NCBI GenBank assembly: GCA_002049895.1 | Contig: MVCW01000002.1 | Location: 1-35,166 of the forward strand | DNA from: Candidatus Omnitrophica bacterium 4484_171 | GTDB lineage: Bacteria; Omnitrophota; Gorgyraeia; Duberdicusellales; 4484-171 | DNA length: 35,166 nt | Direction: 5' to 3' | Part shown: positions 1 to 8,638 of the stretch, piece after piece | How positions within the stretch are numbered: position 1 is the stretch's first letter | Layout of the letters: each line of letters begins with the position of its first letter | The notes under the pieces: model-generated | Told to the model about the DNA's origin: nothing | What the model saw: only the letters and a program-made list of their open reading frames with translations | The model's database searches: none | Position numbers and translations under genes: made by a program

Positions 1-52
1 CTTTTCCCTTCAACTCTTCGTTTATATCCGCGCAGGTACATGACCTCAACAT
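1..52 (-). CDS. aspS: aspartyl-tRNA synthetase, first 17 codons only (runs off the window)
   Basis: Minus-strand ATG at 52..50, 3 nt after the hisS stop, with GGAG 6 nt upstream. Translates MLRSCTCADINEELKGK, resembling the usual AspS opening (M-x-R-t-h-x-C-g-x-l...G-x-x-V). hisS-aspS adjacency is common. The fragment is very short. Confidence 0.45.
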   Translation of the reverse strand, partial: MLRSCTCADINEELKGK

Positions 53-55
53 ATC

Positions 56-1312
56 CTACTCCTTGCTTCCCTGTGTTAAATTTTTTATAATTTCCGGGAA
101 ATCGCCAATAGCTGCCTCTTGCTGGATAGATTCTCTCATATTTCTTATTATAACACAACTTTTCTTTAATTCCTCATCGCCGATTATAACAACATAAGGA
201 ATTCCTGCCTTCTGCGCCCATTTAAGCTGAGCTTTTAGAGACTTATTTTTATAATCAATAACTGAAGAAACACCGTAATTCCTCAGCTTTCTTAATATAT
301 CATAGGCATCTTTATAAACATAGTCTGAAGTATAAGCAACCAGTACATCTGCGGAAGGTTTTTCTTCCGGTTTCGGCAGTAAAAGAAGCATCCGCTCAAC
401 TCCCAGAGCAAAACCAACGGCACCAATATCCGGGCCGCCGAGACTCTTAATAAGGTTGTTATAGCGGCCGCCTGCTCCTATTGCGTCCTGTGAACCAAGG
501 CGCTTTGAAGTTATTTCAAAAACAGTATTTGTATAATAATCAAGGCCTCTTACAAGAAGAGGTTCATACACATAAGAAATACCCATTTCACTAAGCAGCT
601 TAAGCAGACTATGAAAATGCTCATAACATGAATCGCAAAGGTAATTGTCTATTTTTATGGAAGAAACCGCATCCCTGCATCTTTCTTTCTTGCAATCAAG
701 GACACGCAAAGGATTGGTAACAATTCTGCGCCGGCAGTCATCACAAAGCTGTCCGCTTTTTAACGACAGCTGCTCTTTTATCAGGCTTGATAACTTATCT
801 TTATCCTTAACGCATCCTAGGCTATTAATTTTTAAAACAGCACCCTCTATGCCGGCACTTTCTATAATACGCATCGCTACTTCAATAACCTCAGCATCAA
901 GATAAAAGCTGTTTGAGCCTATCGCTTCAGCTCCAATATGATGGAATTCCCGCAGTCTGCCCTTTTGCGGCCTTTCTCCCCTGAACATAGAACCCGTATA
1001 ATAGAATTTACAAAAATCCCTATGCTTGTAAATACTGTTTTCTATATAAGAACGGGCAATCTGTGCCGTACCCTCAGGCCTAAGTACAATATCTTTCCCT
1101 GCTACTTTAAACATCTGCCTTTGAGTAATATCGGTAACTTCTCCTATGCCTTTCTTGAAAAGTCCGTCTTCTTCCAGATGGGGCAGAATGAGCTGCTCAT
1201 AGCCGAAAATGGAAAATATCCTCTTTGCCTTTTTTGTTATATTTTCAAATAATATTGACTGAGGAGGGTAAAAATCGCTTGTGCCCCTAACGCTATGAAA
1301 AAGATTACTCAT
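56..1312 (-). CDS. hisS: histidyl-tRNA synthetase
   Basis: 418-aa ORF with class II aaRS/HisRS motifs: VRGTSDFYP, LRPEGTAQIARSY, FRGERPQKGRLREFHHIG, GGRYNNL, and a C-terminal anticodon-binding domain. Confidence 0.95.
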   Translation of the reverse strand: MSNLFHSVRGTSDFYPPQSILFENITKKAKRIFSIFGYEQLILPHLEEDGLFKKGIGEVTDITQRQMFKVAGKDIVLRPEGTAQIARSYIENSIYKHRDFCKFYYTGSMFRGERPQKGRLREFHHIGAEAIGSNSFYLDAEVIEVAMRIIESAGIEGAVLKINSLGCVKDKDKLSSLIKEQLSLKSGQLCDDCRRRIVTNPLRVLDCKKERCRDAVSSIKIDNYLCDSCYEHFHSLLKLLSEMGISYVYEPLLVRGLDYYTNTVFEITSKRLGSQDAIGAGGRYNNLIKSLGGPDIGAVGFALGVERMLLLLPKPEEKPSADVLVAYTSDYVYKDAYDILRKLRNYGVSSVIDYKNKSLKAQLKWAQKAGIPYVVIIGDEELKKSCVIIRNMRESIQQEAAIGDFPEIIKNLTQGSKE

Positions 1313-1354
1313 TGTAAAGATGGAAAAGAAAGATAATCAGGCTCCGGGGGAATG

Positions 1355-1627
1355 TTATTTTATTTCTTTTTTCATCTCTAAGCCGGGCTTAAATGTTACG
1401 GTGTTGCGTTCGGGAACAGGAACGACATCGCCTGTTTTGGGATTCCTTCCTATTCTTTTCTTTCTCCTTTTTACCTTAAAAACACCGAAGTTCCGTATCT
1501 CTATCTTCTTGCCCGCCTTGAGAGCATCAAAAATAACATTAAAAACCTCATGCACAACTTCTTTTACGACAATCTGTTTTTCCCCCGTCTTCTTACTAAT
1601 TTTTAGAACAATATCTCTTTTTGTCAT
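1355..1627 (-). CDS. HU/IHF family DNA-binding protein
   Basis: MTKRDIVLKISKKTG...FGVFKVKRRKKRIGRNPKTGDVVPVPERNTVTFKPG aligns end to end with HU/IHF proteins, including the RNPKTG arm. I place the start at ATG 1627, not the ORF-track GTG at 1675, because family members begin at the M-T-K position. Confidence 0.9.
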   Translation of the reverse strand: MTKRDIVLKISKKTGEKQIVVKEVVHEVFNVIFDALKAGKKIEIRNFGVFKVKRRKKRIGRNPKTGDVVPVPERNTVTFKPGLEMKKEIK

Positions 1628-1633
1628 ACATAA

Positions 1634-1662
1634 TTTATACCACCTCAATTTTGAGGTGTCAA
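1634..1662 (-). promoter_or_regulatory. sigma70-like promoter for the HU/IHF gene, with an 8-2-8 inverted repeat in the spacer
   Basis: Minus strand reads TTGACA (1662..1657), a 17-nt spacer, then TATAAA (1639..1634). The A of the ATG (1627) lies 7 nt after the -10. The inverted repeat CACCTCAA-nn-TTGAGGTG occupies 1641..1658. Confidence 0.45.
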
Positions 1663-1715
1663 GAGAAAGTTTCACTTACGCAATGAGTTACAGCAAGCTG
1701 GAACACAAGGCCACC

Positions 1716-1804
1716 CTCCTTCGTCCTTCGGACTACGGCGGGCAGGCACCTCCTACGCTAAAGCTACGGCGGGCAGGCACCTCCTTCGTCCTTCGGACTA
1801 CGGC
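1716..1804. repeat. tandem repeat, about 2.7 copies of a 31-34 nt unit
   Basis: Unit ctccttcgtccttcggactacggcgggcaggcac at 1716-1749. Degenerate copy at 1750-1780. The first 24 nt recur exactly at 1781-1804. Lies in the dnaE-HU/IHF spacer. Confidence 0.9.
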
Positions 1805-1840
1805 ACAGCCTATATTCTGCGGCCTTAGAGCTTGCAGCCT

Positions 1841-4800
1841 TTATACCTTGAGAGAAATATTTTCCTGCCCAACAACAGAAGCTATGTCATTAAGAAGAGA
1901 ATCGTTTATTGTAAGGCTGAAATCATGCGCTGTTTTTATCTTTACCCCTTTGAATCTTGAATTTTTGAGCGCGAAATACACAGGTATGGGGCCTTTATTT
2001 CTGGTAAAGATATCTTTAAGCCTGCTTATATTAACCGCTCCTTTACTCACAGATATATTAAGTTCCTTGGCCTTGGCAAAAATATTATCCGCGGGTATAA
2101 TCTCATTGGCTATAATCTTAGGGACTCTGTCCTTAGTCTGCAGAGCGCCTTTTAGCATTATTACTTTTGACTCAGATAGGTATACCGCGCTTGTTTCGTA
2201 AACCCTGGGGAAAACAAAGGCTTCTATAGAAGAGGCCTTATCTCCTACTTTTATAATAGCCATGCGTTCATTCTTCTTCCTGGTTGTAGTAAGCTTTATC
2301 TTTTCTATTACGCCGAATACCGTAACATTACGGGAGAATTCATTCTCGTAGAGAGAAGAAATATTATCAATATTAAGAAGCCGCATGAGTTTACTGTAAA
2401 CCTCGAGAGGATGGCTGCTTACATACATGCCCAAAAGCTTCTTCTCAAAAGTTAAAATCTCGCTCATCGGCCATTCTTCTATGTCAGGCACCTCCTCTTT
2501 TTTCGGTTTAGATTCGAAAAGTAAAAGTTGATTAGAGGAAGTTTTTGATTTTCTTGACGATTTATCGAGTACTTTATCCAGCATAACTATCATTTGAGCT
2601 CTCTTAAGCCCTAAACTGTCCATTGCCCCTGATTTTATTAAACTTTCAATTACTTTCTTATTAACAGTCCGGGAATCGACTCTTTCGGCAAAGTCAAAAA
2701 AATCCGCAAATTTTCTTTCCTTCCTCACCTGTATAATACTCTCCAACGCCGCCCGGCCCACGTTCTTTATCGCCATAAGCCCAAAACGAATATTAGAATC
2801 CGCAGTTACGGTAAAATTAGTAAAACTTTCGTTTATATCCGGAGGAAGAACCTTCATTCCCATCATGTGAGCCTCATTCACATATTCCACCACCTTATCG
2901 GTATTATTACGTTCACTGGTAAGAAGGGCAGCCATAAACTCAACACTGAAATTAGCCTTCAAATATGCTGTCCTGTAGGAAATCATGGCATAGGCAGTGC
3001 TATGGCTTTTATTAAACCCATAGCCGGAGAAATATTCTATTAAATCAAAAATACCGTCAGCTATCTTTACGGGAATATTATTCTTCCTGCAGCCGTCAAC
3101 AAAAATACTCCTCTGTTCCTGCATTATTTCGGGAATCTTTTTACCTATTGCTTTACGCAAAAGGTCAGCCTGCGAAAGGCTGAAACCCGCAAGAGCCGAT
3201 ACTATCTGCATAGTCTGTTCCTGGTAAAGTATTATACCGTAAGTCTCCTTCAAAACAGATTCAAGCTTAGGATGGACATACCTAACCGGTTTCTTGCCGT
3301 GCTTCCTGTCAATATAATCGTCAACCATCCCGCTGCCCAAAGGCCCGGGGCGGTAAAGGGCAAGTACAGCTATTAAATCTTCAAATTTCTCAGGCACGAT
3401 TTTCTTAAGCAAATCCCTCATCCCTCTGCTTTCTAACTGGAATACCCCGACAGTATCTCCTCTTTTAAGCAATTCAAAAGTCTTTTTATCACCTAAAGGT
3501 ATCCCGTCAATCTTAATATCTAAACCACGCGTTCTTTTAATTATCTTCACGGCCTCGTCAATAACTGTAAGGGTCTTCAAACCTAAGAAATCCATTTTAA
3601 GGAGGCCTGTCTTTTCAACTGACTCCATATCAAATCCGGTAATAGTCTCTCCGTCTGTACCTCGCACAAGCGGTATTCTCTCCGCAAGGGGCCTGTCAGA
3701 AATGACCACACCTGCGGCATGAGTAGAAGCGTGGCGCGACAAACCTTCAAGCTGCATCGCAACATCAATCAAGCGCTTTATATTGGAATCGGAATTATAA
3801 ACTCCTTTAAGGTCAGGGTTTATACGAAGAGCTTCTTTCAAATCGATATGATGCCCGCCTGCAGAGACAGGCACCATCTTTGCAATCTTATCAACATCAG
3901 AATAGCTAAAACCCAATACTCTTCCTACATCTCTTATAACTGCCCGTGCCTGCATAGTCCCAAACGTTATTATTTGAGCCACACTATCCCTGCCGTATCT
4001 TCCCGCCACATACTCAAGAACAAGCGGCCTCTTTTCATAACAAAAATCCATATCTATGTCGGGCATGCTTATTCTTTCAGGATTCAAAAATCTTTCAAAA
4101 ATCAGATTGTATCTTAAAGGGTCGATATCCGTTATGTTAAGAATGTAGCTTACGATACTGCCTGCGGCGCTGCCTCTTCCGGGCCCGACGGGGATACCGT
4201 TATCCTTGGCATATTTAATCAAGTCCCATATTATAAGAAAGTAACTGGAAAACCCTGTTTTCTTGATAATCCTCAGCTCGTAGTCCAGCCTCTCATAAAC
4301 ATCCCCGGAGGCTGAAGGATATCGTTTCTTGATATTCTCATAACACAGCTCTTTTAAATATTCATCTTCTAATACTCCGGGAGGAAGAGGAAATTTAGGA
4401 AGATAAACTTTTGAGAAATCAAAGATAAGATTACATTTCTGCATAACATCAAGAGTATTCTTAATAGCATCGGGAACTTCATTAAAAATACTGCGCATCT
4501 CATCCGGGCTTCTGAAATAAAATGTGTCAGAGCCGAACCTAAACCGTTTAGGGTCATCTAAAGTAGTCTGTGTCTGAATGGACAAAAGTACTTCGTGGGC
4601 AAATGCTTCATCTTTTCCCAGATAATGGACATCATTTGTGGCAACCAGGGGAATATTCAAATCTTTCGATATTTTAATAAGATTGCGGTTTACAATCTTT
4701 TGTTCCTTAAGGCCGTTGTCCATCATCTCAAGATAGAAATTGCCGTTGCCAAAAATATTAATATACTCATCGGCATATTTATAAGCTTTGTTTACATCTC

Positions 4801-5257
4801 CTTTTACAATAGAAGACGCAATTTCTCCTTTTAAACACGCACTTAAACCAATAAGCCCCCTGCTGTATTGGGAAAGAAGTTCTTTATCAATGCGCGGTTT
4901 ATAATAAAAACCTTCCATATGCGCCGCGCTTGCAAGTTTAATCAGGTTCTTATAGCCTTCTTCATCCTTTGCCAAAAGGACAATATGATAATTTGATTCT
5001 GCTAAGTTTCTATATTCTCTGTTGAAACGCGAATCGGGAGCAAGATACATCTCGCACCCGATTATAGGCTTAACCCCTTTTTCCATACAGAGGCTATAGA
5101 ATTTAATCGCTCCGTAAAGATTCCCGTGGTCGGTTATGGCTAAAGCGGGCAATTTGAACTTTACTGCCTTATCAACAAGCCTGTCCAGGTGGCAGGCGCC
5201 GTCCAAAAGGCTGTATTGCGTGTGGATATGAAGATGGACAAAATCGGCATGTACCAT
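1841..5257 (-). CDS. dnaE: DNA polymerase III alpha subunit
   Basis: 1138-aa ORF with an N-terminal PHP domain (FVHLHIHTQYSLLDGA), a polymerase core (GPGRGSAAGS, MPDIDMDF), an HhH region and an OB-fold tail. Confidence 0.97.
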   Translation of the reverse strand: MVHADFVHLHIHTQYSLLDGACHLDRLVDKAVKFKLPALAITDHGNLYGAIKFYSLCMEKGVKPIIGCEMYLAPDSRFNREYRNLAESNYHIVLLAKDEEGYKNLIKLASAAHMEGFYYKPRIDKELLSQYSRGLIGLSACLKGEIASSIVKGDVNKAYKYADEYINIFGNGNFYLEMMDNGLKEQKIVNRNLIKISKDLNIPLVATNDVHYLGKDEAFAHEVLLSIQTQTTLDDPKRFRFGSDTFYFRSPDEMRSIFNEVPDAIKNTLDVMQKCNLIFDFSKVYLPKFPLPPGVLEDEYLKELCYENIKKRYPSASGDVYERLDYELRIIKKTGFSSYFLIIWDLIKYAKDNGIPVGPGRGSAAGSIVSYILNITDIDPLRYNLIFERFLNPERISMPDIDMDFCYEKRPLVLEYVAGRYGRDSVAQIITFGTMQARAVIRDVGRVLGFSYSDVDKIAKMVPVSAGGHHIDLKEALRINPDLKGVYNSDSNIKRLIDVAMQLEGLSRHASTHAAGVVISDRPLAERIPLVRGTDGETITGFDMESVEKTGLLKMDFLGLKTLTVIDEAVKIIKRTRGLDIKIDGIPLGDKKTFELLKRGDTVGVFQLESRGMRDLLKKIVPEKFEDLIAVLALYRPGPLGSGMVDDYIDRKHGKKPVRYVHPKLESVLKETYGIILYQEQTMQIVSALAGFSLSQADLLRKAIGKKIPEIMQEQRSIFVDGCRKNNIPVKIADGIFDLIEYFSGYGFNKSHSTAYAMISYRTAYLKANFSVEFMAALLTSERNNTDKVVEYVNEAHMMGMKVLPPDINESFTNFTVTADSNIRFGLMAIKNVGRAALESIIQVRKERKFADFFDFAERVDSRTVNKKVIESLIKSGAMDSLGLKRAQMIVMLDKVLDKSSRKSKTSSNQLLLFESKPKKEEVPDIEEWPMSEILTFEKKLLGMYVSSHPLEVYSKLMRLLNIDNISSLYENEFSRNVTVFGVIEKIKLTTTRKKNERMAIIKVGDKASSIEAFVFPRVYETSAVYLSESKVIMLKGALQTKDRVPKIIANEIIPADNIFAKAKELNISVSKGAVNISRLKDIFTRNKGPIPVYFALKNSRFKGVKIKTAHDFSLTINDSLLNDIASVVGQENISLKV

Positions 5258-5331
5258 TACGTTATCTATGAAAACTAATTATTAAACTAACGATAGAAAA
5301 ATAAAACTTTTATAAAAATCTATTGATATTT

Positions 5332-5360
5332 ATTTTACCATTGAGGTTTCTGAAGGTCAA
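5332..5360 (-). promoter_or_regulatory. candidate sigma70 promoter upstream of dnaE
   Basis: Minus strand reads TTGACC (5360..5355), a 17-nt spacer, then TGgTAAAAT with the -10 at 5337..5332. This sits about 70 nt upstream of the dnaE ATG. Confidence 0.45.
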
Positions 5361-5515
5361 CTGTTGTATATCTGAAAGTTGGAAACAGGAAGAGACATAG
5401 TATCCCCCTTCCCGGGAGGCCGCGGAAGATTAAAAGAATTACTTCTCCTCCCGGCGCTCACAGACGGCAGTCTGATGCCGAAACTGTCCATAATCTGATA
5501 GAATTTGAATTCTAG

Positions 5516-5722
5516 GGAATAGAAACATTCAAAGACAGAGTTGATTTTATGCAAAAGGCTTTGACTTATCAAACATTCTTTAATTTTCAAAGACCTGATT
5601 CTTACAAAGAAAATAAGACTCCCTGGCAGTTAGCTAAAGAGAAATGCCCCAACTTACAGGAAGAAGCTCTTTTATTACCTCCTGTTGATCCTGACGCTTT
5701 GATGAATAAAAAGGTTGCCTAA
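5516..5722 (+). pseudogene. C-terminal remnant of an rve (retroviral-integrase type) DDE transposase
   Basis: Plus-strand open frame GIETFKDRVDFMQKALTYQTFFNFQRPDSYKENKTPWQLAKEK... matches the conserved tail of IS3/IS481-type transposases (f-x-s...l-x-x-w-x-x-yN-x-x-RPH-x-x-l-x-g-k-TP). There is no catalytic core upstream and an in-frame stop at 5513. Confidence 0.4.
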
Positions 5723-5773
5723 TAAAGGTTTACTCAGTGTGCTTTTGTAAATACCACAAAGAGGAGGGAGAAA

Positions 5774-6805
5774 TTAATGGAATGTGGATACGGCGGAAAA
5801 CGCTTTTATTTTATCAATCGTTCTTTTTATAACGCCTTCTAAATATGCAATACGCTCATCTTTCTTGCTTATCTGCTGCCTCAACTCTTCAACATCACTT
5901 TTGTTACCCTGTAACTGCTGGTTCAATTTCTTCTTCCATAAAGCAATCTCTTCATCTTTTTCCTTTAGCTTATCATTAAGTTCCTTGATTATACGGCTCT
6001 GGTTTGATGCAGACATTTTTTTTATCCTTACTTTCGCATTAATAATCTCTCTATCTTTAGCATCCAGTGCTTTAATTAAGCTCTCTATCTTCAACTGCAA
6101 CTTGCGTTCTTCTTCCGCCTTCTTGCTTTTCAAATCATTTATTTCTTCATTCTTTAATGCCACTAGACGGCTAAAATTCCTGATCTTATCTTTAAGTTTC
6201 TTTACCCGGGCTAATTTAACCCGGCCGGCATAATCAGTTTCCTTAGCGGAAAACTCATCTTTAAGACGAACTATTTCTTTATCTTTCTCTTCTAACTGCG
6301 TTTTAAGTTCCTCAATCTTCCGGCTTTGTTCCGGAGACGGTTTATACACAATTCTTTCTTTAACTGGCTGAATCACTTTACCTTCCGCGGAAAGCCTCTT
6401 GGAGAGTTTTGCCTTTAAATCATCTATTTCCTTATCTTTTAACCTTGATTCTTCTACGATTTCCGCCTGCATCTTACGAAGCTGAGTAACCTTACTTTCA
6501 AGTTTAGCTAATATATCTTTCATCTCAGGATGGACAACTGATGATTTTTCAGAAAGCGCTTCTCTTAATTTTCTGATTAATCCTTTATTTTCTTCTAACT
6601 GAAGAATAAACTTTGCTTTTTCGTTTTCTAAATCCTGTACTTTCTTCTGTAAAGATTTAATAACCGCTTTGGCGCTTGAGACATTACTGACTACACTGTC
6701 TATTTTGTTTCTAAACTCTTCCTCTAAACCCGCGGCATAAGAAGAAAGAGGACATAAAACAACCGCGCTTACAAAAATTAATTCCCATTTTGTGATTTTA
6801 CACAT
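5774..6805 (-). CDS. secreted coiled-coil protein of unknown function (last gene of the pilus locus)
   Basis: 343 aa. N-terminal signal-like segment MCKITKWELIFVSAVVLCPLSSYAAG, then almost continuous K/E/L-rich heptad sequence with six K(D/N)xEI motifs. Confidence 0.7.
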   Translation of the reverse strand: MCKITKWELIFVSAVVLCPLSSYAAGLEEEFRNKIDSVVSNVSSAKAVIKSLQKKVQDLENEKAKFILQLEENKGLIRKLREALSEKSSVVHPEMKDILAKLESKVTQLRKMQAEIVEESRLKDKEIDDLKAKLSKRLSAEGKVIQPVKERIVYKPSPEQSRKIEELKTQLEEKDKEIVRLKDEFSAKETDYAGRVKLARVKKLKDKIRNFSRLVALKNEEINDLKSKKAEEERKLQLKIESLIKALDAKDREIINAKVRIKKMSASNQSRIIKELNDKLKEKDEEIALWKKKLNQQLQGNKSDVEELRQQISKKDERIAYLEGVIKRTIDKIKAFSAVSTFH

Positions 6806-6878
6806 ACTATACCCCCGTAAGAAAATTATACTTCCCCTATGGGGTGGTTGTCAAACATTTTATAATTCAGGGTATGAA

Positions 6879-8087
6879 TTATGAAGGAGGAAAAGGGTCT
6901 GTAGGTTTAATTTCTTTCCAATCTATTATGTTGGCAATATAGGTTAGATATGGAATTGTAAGATTCGTGCTTAGAGTGTCATCGTAATTATACACTCGCG
7001 AGCTATAAGCATTGAGATTCACTGCTGACGAAGCGGAATCTTTTCCTCTCACGGCAATTGCTCCTGTAAAGTTTAAGGTGTCTTTGTCGCCCGGATTTCC
7101 CTTTGCTTCAAGCACTCCGCCGTCAGCACGGATAAAAGCATTGATAGTAAGATTATTCGGGGCCGAATCAGGAATAATGACGTCACCGGCTGCTGAAAGC
7201 CCCAGCTGAACTCCCGAATTACACGTAATATCGCCTTCTATATAAATATTGCCTGATGCGACAATATGCATCGATTCTGTAGTATTACCTGATATATGCA
7301 CATCACCGTCTACATAAATAACACCATTGGACGAGCTTAAGTCTGACCTGTCTATATCTCCGGAATATGAGAAATTGCCGTCAATTTTTCTTCCTCCGGT
7401 GGAGGCAACGTCGCTATAGTACTGCTTATCAACGCTGGAAAATGTGATGGGAGGAACATTGTTAACATCGCCGGTTATCGTTACTTTTGGGTCACTCTCA
7501 CCGTCTATGTTTCTTATATAATTAACATCGCCGGTTACTTTTATATTTCCGGTAGTAGGTTTAAAATAAACATCTCTTGCTAATATATCGCCGGTAAAAT
7601 TGGCTCCGCTTCGCGCTGTTATGTCGCTCAAAGTAGATATAAAAAAAGACGCGGGATTCTCAATGGCAACCTGGGCTAATATAACACGGGAAATATTCTG
7701 TGAGGGGTCTCTTGGATTTGTATACATCCCTTGAGACCTTATCCACACCGTAGGCCAGCTTCCAGAAACTGGTCCGTCAGCGACATTGGAGGTATAATGA
7801 CCCACAGTCTCTGTAGTCGTGCCGTCTGACCAAACTAAAGCTATATTGCTAAATCCAGTGCGCCACTTTTCATTTTTTCTTAGTTCAGATATAGAATTCT
7901 CAATACCCGCTTCAGCAGCATAAAACGCGTACAAAGACGCTATGCGCGTATCAACCGCCTTAAGCTGTATATTGGACCTCAGATAGGAAACACTTAAAAT
8001 TATCCCTAGGAAAAGCGCCAGGAATACGCTCGCAATCAAAACAAAACTTTTCTTCACGCTCTTTCTCCTTATTGGTTGCGAAAGCAT
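6879..8087 (-). CDS. PilX_N-type pilin-like protein with a C-terminal beta-helix-like repeat region
   Basis: N-terminus ...VKKSFVLIASVFLALFLGIILSV...FYAAEAGIE fits the PilX N-terminal pattern. The C-terminal half carries GD(V/I)-type repeats (VTGDVNYI, ITGDVNNV, VDGDVHISG, IEGDITC, AAGDVII). The true start is probably GTG 8057 (AAGGAG 7 nt upstream), which gives MKKSFVLIA.... Confidence 0.75.
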   Translation of the reverse strand: MLSQPIRRKSVKKSFVLIASVFLALFLGIILSVSYLRSNIQLKAVDTRIASLYAFYAAEAGIENSISELRKNEKWRTGFSNIALVWSDGTTTETVGHYTSNVADGPVSGSWPTVWIRSQGMYTNPRDPSQNISRVILAQVAIENPASFFISTLSDITARSGANFTGDILARDVYFKPTTGNIKVTGDVNYIRNIDGESDPKVTITGDVNNVPPITFSSVDKQYYSDVASTGGRKIDGNFSYSGDIDRSDLSSSNGVIYVDGDVHISGNTTESMHIVASGNIYIEGDITCNSGVQLGLSAAGDVIIPDSAPNNLTINAFIRADGGVLEAKGNPGDKDTLNFTGAIAVRGKDSASSAVNLNAYSSRVYNYDDTLSTNLTIPYLTYIANIIDWKEIKPTDPFPPS

Positions 8088-8566
8088 ATCTCAGTTGATG
8101 TTTTCACGTCTATATTACGGTTGAAAACCTTGTCTTTTAAAGCTAAATTTATAATAAAAGAATATGTGGTCGCATCAAACGAAGAGTCTGTATACCCTAT
8201 GTTTTTTGATAAAATCTTTGTTGTGCCGCCTGCGGCTTTTTGCAGCCATCCGTATGGCGAACCGCTAATAATAGAATACACAGATGATGTGCCATCAGGC
8301 AGATTCAAAGTTAAAACCTTATGGTTTGATGAAACAGCCGCGCTTCTAGCCAGTTTACCGCAAGAAGAAACATCATCTATAATATCATTGGCATCCTGCC
8401 ACAAATTAACGCGGGAAATCTGATTGTAAAACCCCGCCCAGTTTAATAAAAACGTCACATAAAACAGAGCTGATGTTATTCCTATTATAGCAACTACGGT
8501 AATTATCTCTATTAAGGTAAAAGCCTTATTCCCCTTTCTATATTTATTTATAAAATGATACACCAT
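8069..8566 (-). CDS. minor pilin / pseudopilin (prepilin-type N-terminal methylation domain)
   Basis: ...RKGNKAFTLIEIITVVAIIGITSALFYV is a class III signal peptide plus hydrophobic alpha-1 helix with Glu at +5. 165 aa. Confidence 0.8.
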   Translation of the reverse strand: MVYHFINKYRKGNKAFTLIEIITVVAIIGITSALFYVTFLLNWAGFYNQISRVNLWQDANDIIDDVSSCGKLARSAAVSSNHKVLTLNLPDGTSSVYSIISGSPYGWLQKAAGGTTKILSKNIGYTDSSFDATTYSFIINLALKDKVFNRNIDVKTSTEICFRNQ

Positions 8567-8638
8567 TCTTTATGAGTTGATAAAACAACTATGGACTTAA
8601 TTTATGAGTACACACGTCAAACTATACTGAGTAAATTC

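Noticed and set aside
1716-1804. Possible CRISPR array or SRP-RNA-like sequence (GUCCGAAGGA...)
   Set aside because: The repeats are contiguous with no spacers, there are only about 2.7 units, and no cas genes are present. The resemblance to the SRP RNA GGAA-loop region is superficial, and the segment is duplicated, which a single structured RNA gene would not be.
1320-2201. 293-aa plus-strand ORF, and similar long antisense ORFs (e.g. 5784-6233, 8076-8423, 12032-12355, 15399-15812, 16673-17101, 20748-21131)
   Set aside because: Each lies antisense to a gene with clear family motifs. The translations are low-complexity (Ser/Leu/Phe-rich), have no recognisable motifs and lack RBS context. They are typical shadow ORFs of an AT-rich genome.
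5357-5590. 77-aa minus-strand ORF in the dnaE-upstream spacer
   Set aside because: It has no motif or RBS and overlaps the predicted dnaE promoter. On the opposite strand it overlaps the frame that carries the transposase-tail similarity, which explains the open frame better.
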